From sequence record KJ019152.1: a stretch of 64,000 nt of DNA. The stretch is one strand, 5' to 3'. Positions 55,208 through 61,819 of the stretch are shown here, piece after piece (within the stretch, counting starts at the first letter, position 1; each line of letters opens with the position of its first letter). The notes below the pieces were generated by a model. It saw only the letters and a list, made by a program, of their open reading frames with translations, had not been told where the DNA came from and did not search any database. The position numbers and the translations under genes are program-made.

Positions 55208-55587
55208 GGGAAATAGTCTCTATTCTGGTTGTATATATAAACATTATCTTTTTTTATCACATGTGTTTGTTTATCTCCCTTATGAATGTTATAATAGAAA
55301 GGAAGAGATAAAGATGAATAACCAATGGAATTACCTAGGTAAGAGTTATCTAATAGAAGGAACTAATGAATACAATAACCAATGTAATCACCTAAGAGAA
55401 GGTAACACTAATCCCCTATACAATACCCCTTATAATAGTATCATATAACGAGGTCTTTACAGCTCACTAAGCTCCTCCTAAACTCCACTGCCCGTTGCAA
55501 CCTAAGCCCGTTATAACACGGGACTTCGGAAAAGTCAAGGGATCTCCGAAAAACTTAATATTTCCGAGACACCCCAGACACCCACGG

Positions 55588-55633
55588 AACTGGCACAAAC
55601 CCCCTTGGCAAACCCCCCGAAATGGCATATACT
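55588..55633 (+). promoter_or_regulatory. Cassette 31 (right half-site)
   Basis: AACTGGCACA-7-TTGGCA-17-TATACT. Confidence 0.85.
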
Positions 55634-55658
55634 ATATTCATACACAAGGGAACCACCC

Positions 55659-55892
55659 ATGGAATTCATCCAAACTGACTACCCCGCTAACATGGCTCCC
55701 AATGTTATGGAGAGGAACTATGGTCGGGGTATCATCCTGACTCAGGTCAATGAGGATGGTGTCATTCCATTCTCAGTATTCAATTTCAAAAAAGAGGATT
55801 GGAACTGGGGAGCTGACTACTACATGACCGAGCATAACTTTTATACACTAGAAGAGGCAGAGGCGGTAGTGACTCAGCTCGTAGCCAGCTGA
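55659..55892 (+). CDS. Hypothetical early protein
   Basis: Start refined; stop in cassette 32 dyad. Confidence 0.65.
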   Translation: MEFIQTDYPANMAPNVMERNYGRGIILTQVNEDGVIPFSVFNFKKEDWNWGADYYMTEHNFYTLEEAEAVVTQLVAS

Positions 55893-55940
55893 ACCACTGT
55901 CACATGGGGGCTAGGCACAGCCCCCTCTATACCCTATACT
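55881..55940 (+). promoter_or_regulatory. Cassette 32
   Basis: GTAGCCAGCT-GAAC-CACTGTCACA; TAGGCA-17-TATACT. Confidence 0.82.
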
Positions 55941-55966
55941 ATATTCATACACAAGGGAACACCCCC

Positions 55967-56125
55967 ATGACCAAAGCAACTCAGAGACCTTCCACCCAGA
56001 GCCGTTACACCAGCCAGGTAGCCCGGGACCGTAAGGCGGCAGCACTCCAGAGGGCTGAGGAGCGTCGCCTCACTGGCTCATGTGGAGTGGATCAGGTGAA
56101 CCGCCTCTACACTGTGACACTCTGA
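55967..56125 (+). CDS. Small basic early protein
   Basis: Start refined; stop in cassette 33 dyad. Confidence 0.6.
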   Translation: MTKATQRPSTQSRYTSQVARDRKAAALQRAEERRLTGSCGVDQVNRLYTVTL

Positions 56126-56172
56126 TAACTGGCACACAGGGGGTTGACAATACACCCCCATGGCTCTATACT
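56113..56172 (+). promoter_or_regulatory. Cassette 33
   Basis: TGTGACACTC-TGAT-AACTGGCACA; TTGACA-17-TATACT. Confidence 0.9.
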
Positions 56173-56196
56173 ACACTCATACACAGATCCAACCCC

Positions 56197-56358
56197 ATGA
56201 ACAGCCAACAGCATCTAGACTCCCTGGTATCCTCACTAGCCCAGGACGGTTGCCAAGAGATCGCAGTTATCAAGCTCCCCTCCCAGGCAAAGAGGAACCA
56301 CAAGACCCTGTTCAGCCCACCAAACCGTAAAGGACCCCGGGCTAAGGTTTCAGCCTAA
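56197..56358 (+). CDS. Small hypothetical early protein
   Basis: Start refined to ATG 56197. Confidence 0.55.
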   Translation: MNSQQHLDSLVSSLAQDGCQEIAVIKLPSQAKRNHKTLFSPPNRKGPRAKVSA

Positions 56359-56396
56359 CTCCCCCATTCACTCATCCCCCTTACACTCTGAGAACT

Positions 56397-56588
56397 ATGA
56401 ACAACATCGACAACCTGGCAATGGACCGTTTGGATCAGCTGGCTTCCATGGTTATCCATCACACGGCGAATGGAAACGAATCACTCGCTGAACTCTGTGA
56501 CCAGGAGGCACGGGACCTACTGAACGAACTGGAATCCGATGACTATACCTTCTGGACAATGCAAGACCTCAGCGGGCTGGAAGCCTAG
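56397..56588 (+). CDS. Hypothetical protein
   Basis: Last ORF of the early-type region. Confidence 0.6.
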   Translation: MNNIDNLAMDRLDQLASMVIHHTANGNESLAELCDQEARDLLNELESDDYTFWTMQDLSGLEA

Positions 56589-57069
56589 GGACAGGTTAGG
56601 GGGCTAACCGACAGTCCCCCGTTTCGACAGTTGTTGGCGGCGGTACCCCGATACCCCCGGATCGCGATACCGAAAAGCAATAGGGGACCCAACTCGCAAC
56701 CTACAAACGTTTCCCAGCGGGCTATAATTATCGATCTCAATTTATTTTTCCCAGGGTCACCGAGCCCCAGAGGTCGCCTATATTATTACCCCCCGAAGGG
56801 GATCTTCCTCTTAGTTTCCCAGGGTCTCCCAAAATTTCCCCCAGTAAAAATATTCCCCATAAGGTTACGCAGTAAACACGGAGTGTTTCTCGTAGGGAAT
56901 CCGTAGAGGAACAATCTGTTTCTCTTCAAGGGAACTTCAAGTATCTCTCCGTCTCTCCCATATCTATTATAACACACTACATTACATACAGTTACTCTGA
57001 GAATACAAACACAGAGATATAGTATAAAATGTAGAAGTTCTATATACACCAGTTGTTACCCCTATATGA

Positions 57070-57234
57070 ATGAAAAAGGAAAACACGTTTATCACTGAGT
57101 TACAAGAGAATGTCTCCACGGGAGATCTAATGGCTTCTATTCCTCCACAGGTCCTCTCAGAGATGGGATGGTATGAAGGTACAGAGGTCCGTTGGGTCAT
57201 CGATGGAAACGAGTTAGTTCTTATGGAGGCTTGA
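57070..57234 (+). CDS. AbrB/SpoVT-like small DNA-binding protein (54 aa, not in ORF track)
   Basis: MKKENTFITELQENVSTGDLMASIPPQVLSEMGWYEGTEVRWVIDGNELVLMEA (IP..l..lgw..G..v pattern). Confidence 0.65.
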   Translation: MKKENTFITELQENVSTGDLMASIPPQVLSEMGWYEGTEVRWVIDGNELVLMEA

Positions 57235-57281
57235 TGTCTTCTAGAAGTTAGAAATCTTATGGAGTCTTAGAGACTAAAAAA

Positions 57282-57473
57282 ATGGCACAAAAAACATCCC
57301 TGTATCATATCTACGTCAACAAAGAGCCCATCTATGTCAATCTAGATGAGGATGATTTTAAGCGAGAATATAGTTACCTGTTGGGGTTTTTGGAGTTGAC
57401 TAATCTAAAGAAAGATGCTACAATAGAGTATGAGGAATGTGAGACTATTCTTGGTTTAGAATCGTCTTACTAA
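57282..57473 (+). CDS. Hypothetical cyanophage protein
   Basis: YHIYVNKEPIYVNLDEDDF..IEYEE. Confidence 0.65.
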   Translation: MAQKTSLYHIYVNKEPIYVNLDEDDFKREYSYLLGFLELTNLKKDATIEYEECETILGLESSY

Positions 57474-57514
57474 TCCTCTACATACTAGTATGAACACATT
57501 AATGGAGTATTGAA

Positions 57515-58282
57515 ATGGCAAAGGGTTTCACCGTGAAGGCGAAGACACCCCCTAAAGGAACCGAAGCTAAAAAGGCATCGGAATGGGATTATGATAAGGC
57601 TAAGGAGATTATGCGTGGTAAGAGCGTAGTATTCTGTCTCCCTGGTCGTGGCGTTAGTTATACGTATCTAAAGAACTTTGTTCAACTATGTTTTGACTTA
57701 GTTCAAATGGGAGCTTCGATTCAGATCTCTCAAGACTACAGTTCAATGGTTAACTTTGCACGTTGTAAGTGCTTAGGTGCCAACGTCCTACGGGGTCCTG
57801 ATCAGATTCCATGGGATGGTCGACTTAAGTACGATTACCAACTCTGGATTGATAGTGATATCGTATTCAACACTGAGAAGTTCCTACAACTTGTTCTAAT
57901 GGACAAGGACATCGCTTCTGGTTGGTATTGTACTGAAGACGGACGTACCTCCTCTGTAGCCCACTGGCTAGAGGAAGATGACTTCGCCAAGAATGGTGGT
58001 GTTATGAACCATGAGAACCTAGAAACAATGGCTAAGCGTAAGAAGCCTTTCACGGTTGACTACACTGGCTTTGGTTGGGTCCTTATCAAGAATGGTGTCT
58101 TTGAGCACCCTGAGATGAAGTATCCATGGTTCGCACCTAAGATGCAGATCTTTGAATCTGGTGATGTACAAGATATGTGTGGTGAAGATGTTAGCTTCTG
58201 TTTAGATGCTATCGAAGCTGGATTTGAGATCTGGTGTGATCCCCGTATCCGTGTTGGACATGAGAAGTCACGAGTGATCTAA
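57515..58282 (+). CDS. GT-A fold (glycosyltransferase family 2-like) protein
   Basis: VFCLPG, VNFARCKCL, YQLWIDSDIVF (DxD), GFGWVLIK, GEDVSFC, VGHEK. Confidence 0.75.
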   Translation: MAKGFTVKAKTPPKGTEAKKASEWDYDKAKEIMRGKSVVFCLPGRGVSYTYLKNFVQLCFDLVQMGASIQISQDYSSMVNFARCKCLGANVLRGPDQIPWDGRLKYDYQLWIDSDIVFNTEKFLQLVLMDKDIASGWYCTEDGRTSSVAHWLEEDDFAKNGGVMNHENLETMAKRKKPFTVDYTGFGWVLIKNGVFEHPEMKYPWFAPKMQIFESGDVQDMCGEDVSFCLDAIEAGFEIWCDPRIRVGHEKSRVI

Positions 58283-58446
58283 TGGACCACTTGTATGATA
58301 TAATCATAGAAGGTCAGGTTATTCATAAGGGAGTATGTGAAGAGGAGTTTCTAGATCTTATGGAGATCTTCTCTTCCAACTATTATGAATGTGGGTTCCC
58401 CCATCCTGACACCATCTCTCACACAATGTATACTAAGGAGAACTAA
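58282..58446 (+). CDS. Hypothetical protein (54 aa, not in ORF track)
   Basis: MDHLYDIIIEGQVIHKGVCEEEFLDLME.. Confidence 0.6.
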   Translation: MDHLYDIIIEGQVIHKGVCEEEFLDLMEIFSSNYYECGFPHPDTISHTMYTKEN

Positions 58447-58577
58447 TGTACGGAAACACTAAGACTCAGGATGCGGCAAGACCTAAGAGAACCTCTCAAG
58501 GTCGTTCAGCAAACACTAAGATGAGTGCTACCTCACGAAACTCTCGTAAGAAGCGTTACCGCGGACAAGGTAGATAA
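58446..58577 (+). CDS. Small very basic peptide (43 aa, not in ORF track)
   Basis: MYGNTKTQDAARPKRTSQGRSANTKMSATSRNSRKKRYRGQGR. Confidence 0.65.
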   Translation: MYGNTKTQDAARPKRTSQGRSANTKMSATSRNSRKKRYRGQGR

Positions 58578-58584
58578 GATATCT

Positions 58585-58615
58585 AACCACCTCTAAATAC
58601 TAGGGGTGGTTTTTT
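58585..58615 (+). terminator. Terminator hairpin overlapping a late promoter
   Basis: AACCACCTCT-AAATACT-AGGGGTGGTT-TTTT, containing CTAAATA. Confidence 0.7.
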
Positions 58616-58629
58616 AGTGCTATTTCTTT

Positions 58630-59238
58630 ATGGAAGTGTTGCATGAGTTTTTGAATGTACATCCAGATGACATGTGGGTGTATAACAAACTACAACTTTG
58701 TCGTAAGTTGGAGTATATCTGTGGACCTCTAGGGGCACCAGTACCCTTTCCTGGTTGGTATATCCTTAAGCCTGCTATAAACTTCCTTGGTATGGGAAGG
58801 AACTCAAGAAAGATATGGTTAACTCCTGAAGATAAGACAGAAAACTTTGGAATACCGGGTGAGTTTTGGTCTGAGTTCTTTGTAGGGGAACATATTAGTA
58901 TAGATTATCACAAAAGACATCAGATATTAACTGTCAAGGGATACCCAGAGGATAAGAAACACATCTCTGAGTGCTCTAGATGGAAGAAGTGGACTAAAGT
59001 TGATAGAGAAGTACCATTCCCAGAAGTATTAGGGGATGTATGGAGGAACTATGCTACTATTAACATTGAATGCATTGGTGGAAATATGATTGAAGCCCAT
59101 GTTAGAGGTAACCCTGACTTTGTTTGGGGTAATGAAGAAGCTATTCCAGTGTGGAAAGGTGATAGAATAGATCCACCGGATGGTTATACATATGTCAAGA
59201 GTCCAGATTACGAAAGAGTTGGGTTCTACATCAAGTAA
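58630..59238 (+). CDS. Hypothetical protein, possible ATP-grasp fold
   Basis: YILKP..N..GMG, WSEFFVGEHISIDY, INIECIGG..IE.H.R.NPDF. Confidence 0.55.
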   Translation: MEVLHEFLNVHPDDMWVYNKLQLCRKLEYICGPLGAPVPFPGWYILKPAINFLGMGRNSRKIWLTPEDKTENFGIPGEFWSEFFVGEHISIDYHKRHQILTVKGYPEDKKHISECSRWKKWTKVDREVPFPEVLGDVWRNYATINIECIGGNMIEAHVRGNPDFVWGNEEAIPVWKGDRIDPPDGYTYVKSPDYERVGFYIK

Positions 59239-59305
59239 ATAAAGTATCAGGGGATAGAAACCCCCTTAAAAGTTCTATAACTGTTGTTTTTAGGACTATA
59301 GTACT

Positions 59306-59443
59306 ATGGGAAGACCAGTAGATCGTTCAGAAGGAGTTCTTTTAGTCACCGATTATGGTGCTCTTGAGTGGGCATTGAAGAAAAAGAAGGAAATGTCTAA
59401 GAGATGTCCGTCATGTTCTTGTCAGACAAAGGCAACTTCCTGA
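59306..59443 (+). CDS. Small hypothetical protein (45 aa, not in ORF track)
   Basis: MGRPVDRSEGVLLVTDYGALEW..RCPSCSCQ. Confidence 0.55.
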   Translation: MGRPVDRSEGVLLVTDYGALEWALKKKKEMSKRCPSCSCQTKATS

Positions 59444-59477
59444 TAATACACTAAATACAACTAAATACGCAACAATA

Positions 59478-59882
59478 ATGGCAGAAGTCACACGTATTTC
59501 TAGGGCATTTAAGGACATTAGTCTCTCGTTCAAACCTCATCCGGTTACGGGAGATATTTCTGTGCTCAAAAACGAGAGAGCGATCAACAAATCTGTTCAG
59601 AATATCGTCGAAACCATTCCTGGTGAGAAGTTTTTCAATCCTAACTTTGGTTCTGACGTTAGATCAATGCTTTTTGAGTTAGTTGACTTTGGTAGTTCCG
59701 CATTAATTGAGGATCAGATCCTAACTTCCATTAATAACTACGAACCAAGAGTTAATAAAGTAAAAGTATCGGTAGATCCGAGACCTGATACTAATGAATT
59801 CGAGGTTACTGTTAATTATGAAATCATAGGACAACCATTTCCTTCCCAAACATTCACATTCATCTTAGAGGCAACTAGGTAA
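59478..59882 (+). CDS. gp25: Baseplate wedge subunit gp25
   Basis: FKDISLSF..HP, TIPGEKFFNPNFGS, YEPRV. Confidence 0.93.
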   Translation: MAEVTRISRAFKDISLSFKPHPVTGDISVLKNERAINKSVQNIVETIPGEKFFNPNFGSDVRSMLFELVDFGSSALIEDQILTSINNYEPRVNKVKVSVDPRPDTNEFEVTVNYEIIGQPFPSQTFTFILEATR

Positions 59883-61807
59883 TGGCATTTACTAAGTTCA
59901 CTAACCTAGATTACGACCAGATTAAGGCGTCTATTAAGGATTATCTAAGAGCAAACTCAGATTTCACTGGGTTTGACTTTGATGGTTCTAACTTTTCTGT
60001 GCTAATTGATACTTTAGCATACAACGCCTACATCAACTCAGTAAATGCCAACATGATTGTCAATGAATCCTTTTTGGATTCAGCAGTCGTTAGGAGAAAC
60101 GTGGTTTCTCTTGCTGGAAATATCGGATATCTACCAAGATCAAAGAAAGCAGCACAAGCAAAGATTACACTTACTATTGCAACCGCCTCAGATACTCCTA
60201 CGCTCACCCTGAAGGCGGGTTTGGTGTGTGTTGGGGCACAAGATAACACAAACTATGTGTTCTCCATTCCAGAGGATATTACGACACTAGTAAATGATGG
60301 GGTTGCTCAGTTTGGAACTACTGAAGATCCCATTACTGTCTACCAAGGAACATATTTACAGAACTCCTTTACCTATGATGGGTCCTTAGATCAGAGATTC
60401 ATCATTACCAACTCCAATATGGACTACAGTACCCTTGTGGTGCGTGTTAAAGATCAAAATGAACAGACTCCTGGTAAAGTCTGGAACAGGGTAGAGAATA
60501 TTATCAAGATCAATAGGGATAGTGAGATATATTTCTTAGCAGAAGTTGAAAAGGAGTACTATGAACTCCTATTTGGTGATGGAATCTTTGGTAAGAAGCT
60601 AAAACAGGGACAACAACCTGTTGCGAGTTACATTTTGACTGATGGGTCATCAGGAAATGGACCTTCTAAGTTCAGTTATTCGGGTTCTGTGGTTAGTTCG
60701 ACTGGTGGAGTGATAATCCCTACCAATACCATCGATATAACCACTGTAGAGAGTGCTAGGAATGGTGCAAATATTGAATCTGTTGACTCTGTAAGGTATT
60801 ATGCACCCAAACTCTATGGTGCTCAGTATAGAAGTGTAACTGCTCGTGATTACGAGGGTATTATTAAGGAAATTTACCCAAATACGGAGTCTGTCTCTGT
60901 TGTTGGTGGTGAAGAACTCGATCCACCCCAGTTTGGTAACGTTTTAATCAGTATCAAACCGGTAAATGGTACCGAAGTCTCTGATTTTGACAAAAAGAAC
61001 ATATTGGAGGGGTTGAAACAGTACACAATCGCTGGAATCAACCAACAACTAGTGGATCTTAAGATTCTATTCGTCGAATTGGACTCTTATGTCTATTATG
61101 ATGTAACTAAAGTGGCATCTGCTGACTCTTTGAAGACAGAAGTCATTGGTTCACTCAATACTTACGCAAAATCAGTCGATCTCAACAAGTTTGGCGGTAG
61201 ATTCAAGTATTCGAAGGCACAGAAGGTAATTGACGACACCAGTATCGCTGTTACATCCAATATTACTCGTGTTGTTATCCGTAGAAACCTATCTGCAGCG
61301 ATTGGGCAGTTTGCACAGTATGAATTGTGCTTTGGTAACGGTTTTCACATCAAAGCATCAGGTGGAAACATCAAAACCACTGGTTTCCGCATTACTGGGT
61401 TGAATGATGTTGTATACTTAACAGATACACCAAATAAAGATGCAAATGGAAATGTAGATAACTCAGGGAAGGGTAAGATTTCCGTAATTACTGGAATTGC
61501 CGATGATAATGGTAGTTTCCGATATACTGTTGTTATTGATAAGGCAGGAACAGTGGATTATACAAAAGGAGAGATAATGTTGAACACTTTACAGATAAGT
61601 TCTACTGTTAAACCCAATAGAATTGTTGAAGTGCAGGCATACCCAACATCTAATGATATTATTGGTTTGAAGGACCTTTATGTGTCACTAGCTGTTCCTG
61701 ATAGTGAGATAAATATGGTTAAGGATACTATTACCAGTGGTGAGCAAATCTCTGGTGTAGGATTCAAAGTAACCTCCAGTTACGGCAACGGCAAGTTAAC
61801 ACGGTAA
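59882..61807 (+). CDS. gp6: Baseplate wedge subunit gp6
   Basis: LDYDQIK..FDGSNFSVLID.LAYN, AGNIGYLPRS, YELLFGDG, QYRSVTARDY. Confidence 0.95.
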   Translation: MAFTKFTNLDYDQIKASIKDYLRANSDFTGFDFDGSNFSVLIDTLAYNAYINSVNANMIVNESFLDSAVVRRNVVSLAGNIGYLPRSKKAAQAKITLTIATASDTPTLTLKAGLVCVGAQDNTNYVFSIPEDITTLVNDGVAQFGTTEDPITVYQGTYLQNSFTYDGSLDQRFIITNSNMDYSTLVVRVKDQNEQTPGKVWNRVENIIKINRDSEIYFLAEVEKEYYELLFGDGIFGKKLKQGQQPVASYILTDGSSGNGPSKFSYSGSVVSSTGGVIIPTNTIDITTVESARNGANIESVDSVRYYAPKLYGAQYRSVTARDYEGIIKEIYPNTESVSVVGGEELDPPQFGNVLISIKPVNGTEVSDFDKKNILEGLKQYTIAGINQQLVDLKILFVELDSYVYYDVTKVASADSLKTEVIGSLNTYAKSVDLNKFGGRFKYSKAQKVIDDTSIAVTSNITRVVIRRNLSAAIGQFAQYELCFGNGFHIKASGGNIKTTGFRITGLNDVVYLTDTPNKDANGNVDNSGKGKISVITGIADDNGSFRYTVVIDKAGTVDYTKGEIMLNTLQISSTVKPNRIVEVQAYPTSNDIIGLKDLYVSLAVPDSEINMVKDTITSGEQISGVGFKVTSSYGNGKLTR

Positions 61808-61819
61808 TAGGTATTAAAC

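Noticed and set aside
55191-55448. 85-aa minus-strand ORF upstream of the GIY-YIG gene
   Set aside because: AT-rich low-complexity translation with no recognisable motif; probably spurious.
27235-56172. CRISPR array interpretation of the repeats
   Set aside because: Spacers are about 150 bp to several kb, contain whole genes and vary widely in length. The repeats are promoters, and no cas genes are visible.
56631-57200. ORFs 56631-56906, 56786-57049 and 56982-57200
   Set aside because: Atypical composition, no RBS, mutually overlapping on opposite strands; treated as non-coding or antisense.
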